The position numbers and the translations under genes were made by a program. Below the pieces are notes generated by a model. It was given only the letters and a program-made list of their open reading frames with translations. It made no database searches and was not told where the DNA came from. This document shows positions 1 to 11,379 of a stretch of 64,000 bases of DNA, piece by piece. The DNA is from Dicyema japonicum (Eukaryota; Animalia; Dicyemida): contig RDEW01000030.1 in the NCBI GenBank assembly GCA_011109175.1, positions 490,094 through 554,093 of the forward strand, given 5' to 3'. Within the stretch, counting starts at the first letter, position 1. Each line of letters starts with the position of its first letter.

Positions 1-699
1 ATGGAGCATTGGAACGATATGAGTGACTAGGAGATCATTCTCGTTGGACAGCAAAATCCCATTTACGTCAAACGAAGAATATTTTGCTACATGAGATACC
101 AAATTTCCCCAATTTAATGATTTGAGACTACAAGGAGTGACAGAACACATCTCAGTTTAAAAAAATAAAATAACAAGAAATATTAATAAAAATAAATTAA
201 CATTTTTTACATCATTTCTTAAAAATCTAAAGGAAAGTAGCTACCAAAACTGCCGTTGAATAGGTTGACAGGGGAATAATTGTGGTTCTTTTAGTTGCCA
301 GATTGAAACTGGTATCCAATTTTCTCCACGTGAAGGTGAACCACATCGAAAATTTATTTATGGCTGCTGACCCTACTATTTAATAGCTGCTGGCCTCCTA
401 CAAGTTAGTGAGGCTGGGGTTACCAAAACGGCCACTCCAGAATCAATCAGATGTATCTGGTGTGGCGCAGAACTTTAATGGATGACATCTTGGTTAGAAG
501 AGAGAAGGTTTTTTCAGGCACTATTATGCATGAAAATTACGTCTCGAAAAAAAGATTTCCCTGTTTGTTTTCAAGTAAATCCCCTCCCTTACGTACCAAG
601 TGATAAAAACAACGTTAAACTCAATGTGCAATTGTCAAATAGAAAACAACTATTACCCACAATTAAACGAATAACAAGAAAACAAGGAGAAAATTAAAA

Positions 700-1748
700 T
701 CTACGAATAAAAATTTTTCTGTTTTTTTGACCATTTCACAGTTTATTTTTTGTAACCATTTATCAATAATATCAGTCGTCATCCGAGCATCTTTTGACGC
801 TGTGTGCAAAGCCTAAAAATAACCTAATAAAATATATCCCATAATCCTCAGTTTGTATATTTTTAAAGCATCTTGGCAATTTAAATTTCCCGAGGGGCTT
901 TAATTTCTCACCTTCAAGACTGCAGCATAAAAGAACTAAAACTCGTTTTTTGCTTTTCGTTTTACCAAAACATTCATCATTTGAAGAGAAAAATGATTTA
1001 CATGAAATTCTTTTAGCAAAAAGAGAGGTTTCGTCGCAGTTAAAAATATCTTTTTTCTCGTATTTATAAAATAAATTGTCGTAATCGTTAAAAAATCTTC
1101 GACTTTATTTCTGTCACATGAGTTCTTTTTACCCGAAATTACTCTGAACAATAATTCATGGCGCTTTTTAAATCGATCCAACCATCCATTTGATTCTTTG
1201 AAATCATTGAAGTCAAGATTAGCTGCAATTTTTTTGCAATAGTTTTGAGGAGAGATCCTGAAACTGAAATACCATCCTCTCTCAATTTTTTGAAGACTTC
1301 GAGTACTAATCGATCAATTCGAATAGAAAGATCTATTCGAACCTCTTAGATGAGAGTTCATCAGAGCATATTTGTGTTTTTGAAACCCCTTTTCCGATTT
1401 CTTTTTTAATTCGTGAGACAGTTCCTTTTCCAATATTGTATAATAGACAAATTTTTCTTTCTGACATTTTCTTTCATTAAAGAATCGGAAATCTTCTGTT
1501 TCAGGTGGCGACTAAGCTCCGCAGGCATGCCTAAAAATATTTTAAAATTAATTAAATAAAAATAAAAATAATAAATTTTAATATTATCGACTGAAAAAGT
1601 GCCCCAATAAGCGGAGTTTTGTATCTTAAATTGAGGCTTCCTATTGGTCAAGAATTGTAAAAATCATTCAAAATAATATTTATTAAAACTCGCCCCCAAA
1701 ACAGAGGGTGCCCCAAGGCCGGGGTTTTTTTGGGGCGGGGTCGTACTG
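700..1748 (-). mobile_element. Tigger/pogo DNA transposon relic (left TIR plus broken CENP-B-type transposase)
   Basis: Minus strand reads ...KESNGWLDRFKKRHELLFRVISG (CENP-B HTH) and ...DARMTTDIIDKWLQKI (DDE_1-like), with stops. The terminal sequence CAGTACGACCCCG ends at 1748 and is flanked by TA at 1749-1750. Left boundary approximate. Confidence 0.8.
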
Positions 1749-1750
1749 TA

Positions 1751-2300
1751 GTTATAATTTCACTCGTGCAGCATTCAAAAAAATCCTCCGAACCAACTTC
1801 TTCCAACCTCCTCGATCGTATGAGAGTTTACTCAACTCATCCAGGTCATCCCTATTTCTTAGATGTTTGTTCACGAGCTTTAGATCTCCGTCAAATGTTT
1901 CAGGTAGTGTAATACACCGGCGTCCACGAAAACACGGTCTCTGTCTCATGAAGTTGTCCTCCATTGCTATGTTTGCTGGAGCGCCCAAGTCCATACACAA
2001 GATAAGTCCAAATAACCTCCAGCGCATATCAGCAATTTCGAGACTCAGTGGACACGTGCAACATCTCTTGTACAGCGATTCTCTTTTTGTCTTCGATGGA
2101 AAGAGTCTAGTCCAAGTTGTTCGGTTTTGAACGCTTCCCAGGTCGATGAATTGTACACTAAAATCGGCTTGACAAAGGCTTCATACAGTCTCAAACGAAG
2201 TGATGTGCAGGATCGTCGTTTGCCAATCCACTCTTTCTTCAACTTGTTCATCGTTACCAAAGCGAGGGCCTGTTCTGAATCCTTTGCAGACATAGGTGCA
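1751..2300 (-). mobile_element. RTE-clade LINE, 3' fragment
   Basis: ORFs 2045-2293 and 1752-2027 read YEAFVKPILVYNSSTW, LDSFHRRQ and RWRLFGLILCMDLGAPANIAM, matching the RT C-terminus of the RTE at 13.3-16 kb. Confidence 0.85.
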
Positions 2301-2349
2301 AAAAATGCACGTCACCACCTCAACCAAAATATGAGTACGAAAATTGATA

Positions 2350-2870
2350 ATTTAATGGGCAATTTTTTATTAATGCCGAATGATTGACAACGCCACTCGA
2401 ATTTCTGCATCAATATTTTTCAAATTTTCCATAGAAAATTGTAAAATAATCGTCAGTGCTGTGTAGATAATCTGGGATATATGTTTCGAACATATATCCA
2501 GAATTCTCCAATATTTAACTCTATCATTATTAATTTTAAGGATTGATCGTTAAACAGTTCAGTAAGTTCTTCATTTTCTTTAACAAATAAGTGTTCTGAC
2601 TGTGAGACAAGAAAATGATTATAAAGTTTTCGCCAATGGTTTCAGTTCTATTGCTATCAATTCAGAAATCAGACATGAACATTTCAATGATTCCGCTGAG
2701 CTCACAAAAGTATCACTAAACAACATTCGACTGGATCTACACTACATACTAAAAACTAAATAATACTTGTGTTGTTTTTTCAAATGCATAAGATAATCCA
2801 CAGATTTTTTTAGAATAGTCAGGATGCTTGGAAGTAAAATATCTATTTAGTTTGCTAGGACCATTTATTC
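2350..2870 (-). mobile_element. hAT (Buster/Charlie) transposase C-terminal relic
   Basis: Minus-strand pieces EFWIYVRNIYPRLS and DAEIRVALSIIRH resemble the hAT dimerisation region of ZBED5/ZBED8-type transposases; multiple stops. Confidence 0.6.
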
Positions 2871-3395
2871 AAATTTGTATTTGGCTGGAGGCACACTAGG
2901 AATTGTCTTACGGTACACCGTTTGACAATCTCTGGGTTAGACATTTGATAATGTCACTTAAGTGGGCTTATCTTGACTCTTCAAGAGTGCCATTTTCCCC
3001 TCGGTGGTGTTGCATCACCCCCTCATTTTATCCGCATATCCAGCAATAGCTTGTCACTTATGTGGACTACATTACGTAGACTGAGATCTGACATGCACAG
3101 CCTGTCAATGTTAACCGACAAACGTGGACATTATTCTTCCTCAACACTCGACGGGTATTAAAATCCTTCTAAATTAATATGTTGATGGCTTCGTGGAAGG
3201 CTGAACTTAGATATCAAAATTATCAAATATGTATTATATCACGAAAAACTAAAAGTTTCATTTATTATTAATTTTATTTTATTAAAATTTAAAGTAATTA
3301 TATGGATGACCTAAAAAAAATAAAAATTATTAATAAAGCGGGAAATTTTGGTTTGTTTCTTAGTTAGGGGCCTTTGTTTATTTCGAATCTGCGAA

Positions 3396-6327
3396 ATGAT
3401 TAAATTACCTCAAGAAACTGCAAGATTTAAACACGCTCCACAGAAAATAAGATCATATGCTCATTGTGTCGAAGAATTTTTGTTCAATGCCATCAAATCA
3501 AATTTCTCAAACCATAAAGATCTATTTGAACTATATAGGATGTGTTCTCAAGATAATGTATGACGGCTGTGGTTTCACAAGACAGCAACTATCCGATATT
3601 TGCCACAGGTTCTAACTATGCCAATTCAATTTTTGTCTAATTATATATTTAAGGTCTTTCGATATCGAGGACAACTGTCTGGCGCATTTTAAAGGGTTAA
3701 TTTCCTGCCTAATAGAAATTTCTGAAACCGTGACCATAAATTCAAAATCCACTGAGCACAAAGTGGCGTATTCGCGCCAATTTAGCAAAAAATGTAACAA
3801 CTCAGCTGTTACTGTTTCTGAAACATCGTGTGTAGGCACAACGATTGTCGTTTCAGGTTTATTTTCTTCTTGTCCGACCCGCTTAAAGTCGACAAATCAA
3901 GTATTCATTAAATTTTTACTTATCTTCATTTTTTCTTACATTTAAGGAAAAGGAATGCTTCCAAATCATCTCTGTGATAAAAAACGTTGCTTTAATTAAC
4001 CCAAAAGTTAAAATATATTTTTCAAGTGCCGGAAAATCCGTCTTTTCCGTAGAATTCTCTTCCACGTGTGTAATCAAAAGAGCCGAGGATTTGCTTGGCT
4101 TGGAATACATTTCTACATTATGCAACAAAAGTAGTGAACTGACAGCTAAGATTCATTTTTTCATTAACTCCCGATCGGCTAATTTGAAATTGTCTTCCAA
4201 AGTACCTGAAAGCAATCGATCTAAAGTTCAGTATATTTATCTGAACGGTCTTCGCATTTATTCCGTCTTTTTAATTAAGCAAATTTTGAAATCATTGAGA
4301 TCAAAGTATATTAAATCCCAAAGGACTTCACTCACAAGTTGGAAACTCTCAGACTGCTTTGTATTATTGATCACGTGTTCTATGGATCGTTATTCAATTT
4401 TCTACGGGAAAGCCGGCTGGGATGCAGAATTTTTTGATGCAAAGTCAGTTACTCAGCTCATTACGTCTATATTTAGCAAAATACCCCACGTATTAGATTC
4501 TGAACAACATATTGAACTAAATAATGATTCCTGTATGAGTGAAATATCCTCAGATATTAGGCACGAGTCGGAAAGTTTAGAACCATTTGGAGAATTTCCT
4601 TTATTTCCCTCAAAATCTTCAGAAATTGTTTTTCTGAGCCTACACGGAATTCATTTAATTCGACAATAAGCAGTGAAACAGACACAGAAACACTTTTTTG
4701 CTTAAAGAAAAAAAGAAAACGTTATAAAATAAAAAGGAAAATAGTTTTAGACTAAAACCAATTGATTCGTCATTCAAACTTCATTTTTCAAGAAAAATTA
4801 CCTGAACGACTGTTTTTCAGTGAATTTTTCTCACAATTTTGATATTGAAACAGACGTTAGTGACTTTAATCCCAAAGAAGAGCAATGTTCACTTTATAGT
4901 AAAAGGAGAAATCAATCATTGTATGATTATAGTGAATTCTCAATTCGTTCTCGTTATAGTCTCAACATGTATTCAGACGGTAATTTTGACCCAAAATATA
5001 ATTTGAGTGAGAGTATCAATAAATTCGAGTCTAATGACTGCTCCCTAGACAATTCATTTAATTCTTCGAATCAGAATTCTCAATTTATGTCTAATATGAC
5101 GCTTTCAGATGATTTATACGATTACACCAAAACTTCCTTTAATGAAGATTTTCCTGTTTATCAGTCAGTAGACCTTACAAAGACAAATTCATCCTTCAAT
5201 TCTCCTAATAAATGCCTAACAGACTACTTTACTCCGAGTAAAAGACAGTCATTTGTCGCTGAGACTATTAAAGATGAAGTACATTCATTTGGAAATTTCC
5301 GATATTCCAACCCGAGTCAGGAAAATACGTTTTATAGCTTGCATAACAGTCGTGGTAGTGATTCACCAAAGACAGGTATATTCGACAATTTTTTTGGCTT
5401 TTGAGTTGCCATGGTTTTGTTCTTTCTTTGGCTCAATCCTAATAAATTGTTTAAAATATGTTTAGTAAATAAGAATATTCGTTTAAGCAGACCAACCCAC
5501 CAATATTCTGTTAGATTCGACAAAATGTCATTTTCAAAAACACGAGTTTTAGTTAAATTATCAGTTTATACGGTCATTGGTCTTGTAGAGTCAAAGTTAA
5601 TTATTTGCCTGATAGAGACAGCCAAAATAGTTAATTTCGTATTCAATGCTTCTAGACACTTATTTAGCTGCGATTGACCAGCACGCTGCTGATGAACGAA
5701 TCAAATTAGAGGAATTATACGCTGGTTGTAAAATGATAGTTAACCTAAGACAATTTCACAGACGGAGAATGCACAAAAACTGTAAATTTAAAAAACATGA
5801 GATTGCGGCTTTCGACTTTTGTGACCAAGTTCATATCTAAAAAGATTAAATACTTCGAAAAACTTGGTAGGCTTATTTTTCAATTTGGGGTTTAAATTCC
5901 GTGTGAATGGAACGAACTCTAACGGTTTGAGTTTTGTTAGAGTTCTCAGCGTCCCAAATTGCTTAGAAAAGCGAAAAATTTTGCCCAACTTTCCAGAAGC
6001 AATTGAGGTTAGCCAACAATTTAATATTAGGGAATTATTATGGACGTATTAAATGTAATCATAAAATGATAAATTTATAGCATTCCGAACAGGTAGATTT
6101 TTCACTTCACTACTTTCCTTTGAAATTAAAAGACCTCCTCGCCTCATTGGCTTGTCGTTGTTTGTCAATTATGATATATAATAGCTGCAGTTTGTTTTGG
6201 AGACAAAATTACCTTTGAAGAAGCCATACAGCTAGTGGACAAACTGAAAGAAACCAAACTGCCTTTCCAATGTGCACATGGAAGGCCTAGCATAGTTCCC
6301 TTATTAAACTTAACTTGCTTTCGATGA
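3396..6327 (+). CDS. MLH3: MutL-family mismatch repair / meiotic endonuclease MLH3 (multi-exon, with several frame breaks)
   Basis: N-terminal GHKL-like region (CVEEFLFNAI, GTTIVVSGLFSSCPTR), low-complexity linker, endonuclease motif DQHAADERIKLE at about 5673-5710 and C-terminal LPFQCAHGRPSIVPL ending in TGA at 6327. Confidence 0.88.
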
Positions 6328-6569
6328 TTTAAGTTCACTGTTGGTTTATTTATTTTTTAACTGATAGTCGATAATACTGTGATACGTTATTTTTGGATGC
6401 TCAAAGATATTTTCTGTGTAGGTTTCTATCTCAAGTTATCTTTGAAAATTAGACACGTGGTACAAGTGTGATTGTGACCTGACTTAATTTTACTTAGTCA
6501 TTGTTGCCAGGTTAGGAAATATTCTTACGGAATAAATTGGCTGAAATATGACTGTTGGTAATATTTTCA

Positions 6570-8371
6570 ATGTTAATGTATTTGATCGTATTTTTTGGCT
6601 TCACACAGTCATTAATTCCTTATTTGCACGTACACGTGTTACTTTCAAACTTAGATAAAATGGGATCATTGGAATTTCACTGAGTGCCCAAGAAAATGTG
6701 ATGAACCATATGGGATGGTTTACCACACTCGCAATTGTCTCTTATGTGACGCACTTTCCAATTGCACAATACGAAATAAGTGACCTTTATATTAAACGAT
6801 TTATAGATTATGCTTTGGACCAACTACATCGACAATAAAAATGGCATGTTACACTCCCGAATGTTCAGGGGAAGGAAATATACGTGGTAATTGGACGGAT
6901 TGGACTCCATTCGATAAGTGCTCACCCAAAAATATCCGTGAAAAAATATTCCGTGATTGTGCTGAAGGAGCATTACGATGATAAAATATTGTTTAAGTCC
7001 TCATCAAATATAACAGTTTTGTGTTTTAAGCATTGATTAGTGTCCGACAGAGTTTATAAAACAGAATTTCCTTGCATTGTCGGAGAATGCAAAAAAATAT
7101 ACGTTGAAGAGTGGAGTGAGTGGAAATGTCACGAAAACACGTGTAATAGTGCAGTTTTCTACGATATTGGGGCAATTCAAGTTTAACCAAATTTAAAAAT
7201 TTCAGAATATTTATAGAACGAGGAAATGCAGATTAGGCAATAATACACTTGTAAGATGCAGTTTTCATACAGAAATTATTGAGAGGAAGTTGTGCCACGA
7301 TGTTTCTCGTTTCCCGCGATGTGTCGATGTTTCCCGAGTAATTTGTTGAGTTATTTGAGGGTTGGACAAATTGGAGTCCCTGGAGTAGTTGCATTGATGG
7401 AGACTGTAAAACTCCTTCAGCGAGATTTCGTTATAGAAACTGTATTTTGAAGAAAGAAAATTGCATTGGACGTTCTTATGATTTATCATTCTGTTTTGGG
7501 GGAATAAAATGCGAAGCAGCAAAGTTAAAAATGACAGGAGATCGGCTTGTTGCACTCAAACTCGGTTTGTGGACAGCAAGAAATCAGCACGTTGTTCACC
7601 CTGGAGATAACCTGCTTCTTGACTGCAATGTATATAATTTTAATCTCATTTTCAGAACGAGGGAGATGTAGAAAAACAAAGGGATAAATTAATGTGGAAG
7701 AAAAACGGAATGCCTTTGAGATTCAAGGTCGGATTAGAGGTTGACGGGACTACATTGGTTAAACAAGAAGTTGATTTTACTGATAAGGGAATATACACTT
7801 GTGAGGTTGATTGTTGGTTAATTTTAGGTACAAAAGACATCCTCTATGACAGAGATTTATGATGTACACGTGGTGACTGTCATTGGAAATGCTAGTTCTA
7901 AAATAATAGCAGAAATGAATTCGAATGTGACTCTGAATTGCAATTTGGACTACTTTCGAACTCTTTTCCCCCATTCCTACACAATCTGGTTCCACGAGGA
8001 TTTCATCGCCTTGGTAATTTGTAAATTAATCAACCCAGAACACAAAAACCGCAAATTCTGGTTCTTTAGTGATCCCTAACATAAAATCTACAGCCGCTGG
8101 AAATTGGTCCTGTTATGCGGTGGAGCCTTCGACAGTGAGAAAATGGCTTATGGAAACTTACACAGTGGATGTTGTGAAGCCAAGAAATGTATTTGTTAGA
8201 GTCATCACTAAAAAACGAAATGTTGCTGTAATCGTGTTTTTTATTTTATTTGTCATATTAATGGTTACAGCAACATTTGTCGTTGGGTATATTAATTTTT
8301 GTCATTGCAGAAAAATTATGGTCATAAATCACAGAAATGATTTGATTAGCAAATACAAAATGGACCTGTAA
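6570..8371 (+). CDS. Type I membrane protein: signal peptide, four TSP1-like repeats, two Ig-like domains, TM helix, short tail
   Basis: MLMYLIVFFGFTQSL leader; WDHWNFTEC, WTDWTPFDKC, WSEWKC and WTNWSPWSSC...RFRYRNC repeats; Ig motifs GDNLLLDC..DKGIYTCEV and VTLNC..AGNWSCY; TM VAVIVFFILFVILMVTATFVVGYINF; small GT-AG introns restore the frame. Confidence 0.82.
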
Positions 8372-8699
8372 AATTCACGGATAGAAATTAATTTTTATAA
8401 TTTTTTTTTCATAATAAAAATTTATTAACAATAAAATATTATTTATTAATTATGGGGGAGAGCGGCTGCTGACATCATTTTTATAATTTCCTAATTTTTA
8501 TTGCATCATATTTTTAACTTTTAAAATGTGGCTTTATTCTACAAATCAAAATTGTCGAAAAGCAGAGATTAAGTATTCTTCAGACACTTTCATATTCAAT
8601 CACCATACACACCCTTCCATACTGGAGCCCTGGACGGGGGAGATGGAAGGCGACAAGAAGAACTAAAGCAGCGCAGTTCGCTTCACTCACAGCCAGCAA

Positions 8700-9010
8700 T
8701 AATTATTATTATTATTAACCCCAGGCTAACCATTGTAAGCCCAGCACAAACAGTCATAACTAACTAATCCAAGGAAGGAACCAAAGAGAGAACATCTGCT
8801 TGTGCCGACCAAATCCATCTTCCAATACTTCATTACAGGTTTCCGCTTCCAAAGATAGGTAGAGAAGTAGGTCCGCCCTCTTCCATTTTTTACCCACGTC
8901 CTACCGTCGCGGACATCACTTTATTCTTTAGCTGAATAGTTTTCATAATGCAATCTTCATCAGAGTGTTTGGTCAGGAGAGGTAGGAAGGTTTGGTCTTC
9001 CTACCTTTCT
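8700..9010 (-). mobile_element. LINE 3' end fragment (jockey/I-like family) with (TAA)n tail
   Basis: Minus strand ends in GCCTGGGGTT(AAT)n, like 21955-21975. The segment at about 8810-8930 is closely similar to 49480-49590. Confidence 0.6.
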
Positions 9011-9204
9011 CCCTGAGCCAGCAATCATAATGAATACAAAGTTTCTATCAGGACAAAAAACCACGGCTATTATGTCATAGAAGTTGACATAAATAAGTTT
9101 GGAAGATTTATCTCATATTCTTACGTTAATAAGTCGTCCATTTTCATTTTGCGACCTAAATATTATTAAAACAGTTGAAATAAGTAGTAAATGGAGTCGT
9201 CTAG

Positions 9205-9330
9205 AGAAGTGATTGAGTCCTGGAGGAGTTGCATGATTGAGTCCTGAGGAGTTGCATGTGATTGAGTCCTGATTGAGTCCTGGAAAACTCTTTCAGCAAG
9301 ATTTCGTTATAGAAACTTCATTTTGCACGT
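9205..9330 (+). pseudogene. Rearranged copy of the fourth TSP1 exon segment of the upstream surface-protein gene
   Basis: AAAACTCTTTCAGCAAGATTTCGTTATAGAAAC matches AAAACTCCTTCAGCGAGATTTCGTTATAGAAAC at about 7407-7440; preceded by four copies of GATTGAGTCCTG. Confidence 0.7.
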
Positions 9331-11024
9331 GTGAACGAATTCTCTCCTCTTCCTGACAAGAATCTCCTCGTCAAGGGGGCTTCCAGAAGACATCGCCATT
9401 TTAGGAAGTTATCATTTATTCCTTAACGATGAGGTGGACATCATTATAGGGGCTACACGAAAGAAAGGTTGAGAAAAACTGGTCCAGGGAATCGGATTTC
9501 TACTTGAACGGAAGATCCCCATGAGCGTTGCTGGCTATTTGAGCGAATTTCGCTTTCCGTTCTGAGAGGGAATAGCCAAGCGGCTGCTGTGTGACCGCGG
9601 ATGACTGTTTCTCTATTTAAAAAAAAATTCGTATAAAAAATTGATCACAAATTTGTCTGTTTTATTAAAATAAATACAAAAAAATTGTTAAAAATTGTAG
9701 AAATAACAAAATAACAAATTATTATTCAACTTCGTTGGAGTTATATGGCTGAGGCCCTGACTACATGACAATGTTATCTAGATGACAGCACCAGAGGGTC
9801 AGATATATTTCATCAAGGTTTAAATACGTACTCCTCTCCCCCAAACCGGTGGTGATCTTCATGAATTTTCAATTACTTTTGACTCAATCTACTCAAAAGA
9901 CAAAATTTCAGGTTTTTCACTTTTTTAGTACTTTAGGAAAAGATTATCAGATCCAGCATGTTCTCATCCTACAGTGGGGATGAGAGCTCACTGGCTATGC
10001 AGCTGATTGCCCTATTTAGTTGTTTTAAATGGATTAGTTGTTATGTAAGGACAAAATGGACCGACGGGCATTTGATATTGTTAGATTCTTGAATGTCGGC
10101 TATATTTAGATCACTGGATCTGAAATATGCCGAGAGAAGCGGTCATCCTTCTTTGGCTAAGAATATTGCTGATTTAATTGACACTAACGGTGAAGTGAAT
10201 GAATCAAATGAGAGTTTGGTGGTTGAGGACGTTTCTGAAATAATGGCTCCTCGAACTGTTAGTCTGTCAGCATCTCGTCGAGTTAATCCTCCAGGATCTC
10301 CGAATTATGACACTCCCAATGTTATTTCATAATCTTTTGTGTCACAAGCTACTGTGGATGAGTCAATTGACGGTCGACTAAAATCTTCTGATCTTCGGTT
10401 TAATCCATTTAAAGTTCTTTTTGGCTAACAGTAGACTGACCGTGAGGGTTCTTATGCGAATGTCGACTGCTTTAATCAAGAGGTTCGTAGAGCTTTGTGA
10501 TTTGGAAATTCAGGTACTTACTAAGAGGTTGATTCTTGGATTTATTTTTTTGTAGACAGAAGATAACTTCTGACTTTGAAGTGTGGGTTAACGAGACTGG
10601 AAACGTAGATTTTAAATCTCGGTCTGAACAGATAGCTGACTTTAGCAAACTCTCTTTTGACGAAAAAAAAGTTGAATTTTTATGTTATTTATAGTTCTGG
10701 AAAGACAAGGCTAAATGACTTTTTTTATTAATTGTTAATAAAATAGTTAATTTGTTTAATAATTTTGTTAATTTTTTGCTCAGTAATAATTTGATTTAAA
10801 ATACAGCAGTTAGTCGTTATGGGGAAGTTTCATTATAGCCTGCAGGCATTGAGGACTCAATGGGAGTTACCTCTCATGATCGCTAGCCCAATTTTCTTGA
10901 AGAATCGTCCGATTTATCTGACAAACTCAGACATCTTTGGGGCAATAACGCCAGACGTCTCAACAGTGTGCAAATTTTATTTAAAAAGGCTTGACCAGGT
11001 AGGCTATAAATTTTTGTAATGTCT

Positions 11025-11140
11025 GTGTGGTGCTATGTGGCTAATTGACTGAAAATCGTTTCTAACCTTTCTAGTGACGTCATCGAATCCACTTAACTCA
11101 GGAGAGGCTCAAGGTCGAAGAATTTTTCTGCTTGCTTTTG
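11025..11140 (+). repeat. Degenerate copy of SINE-like family A
   Basis: GGTGCTATGTGGCTAA...GTGACGTCATCGAATCCACTTAACTCAGGAGA aligns with the copies at 45.9 and 51.8 kb. Confidence 0.55.
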
Positions 11141-11379
11141 TTCAATTCCTAGAGAGGTCTATTGGTCATCTAGTAGGCAACATAAGCACAGCGAGGAAAC
11201 ATATTCTGTCAACATAGTCTTTTAAAATCGCATGGTGGTCGCAGAGGCGGCACCAATTGGACACAAACTTTCAGGTGGAGGGAAGCTTCGCTTCCATCGT
11301 TGTTCGGCGGCAGACATCCATAAAGCTTGTTGATACCAAGACTGTCATTATTTATTTATCTAACTCAAGACCACGGTAA

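Noticed and set aside
1708-2387. Plus-strand ORFs of 140 and 86 aa
   Set aside because: They are antisense shadows of the RTE fragment; the same applies to many listed ORFs opposite LINEs, NLE1 and FAK.
9720-10700. Possible plus-strand gene including ORF 10093-10332
   Set aside because: Repeated stops and no recognisable domain; probably a decayed retroelement ORF1.
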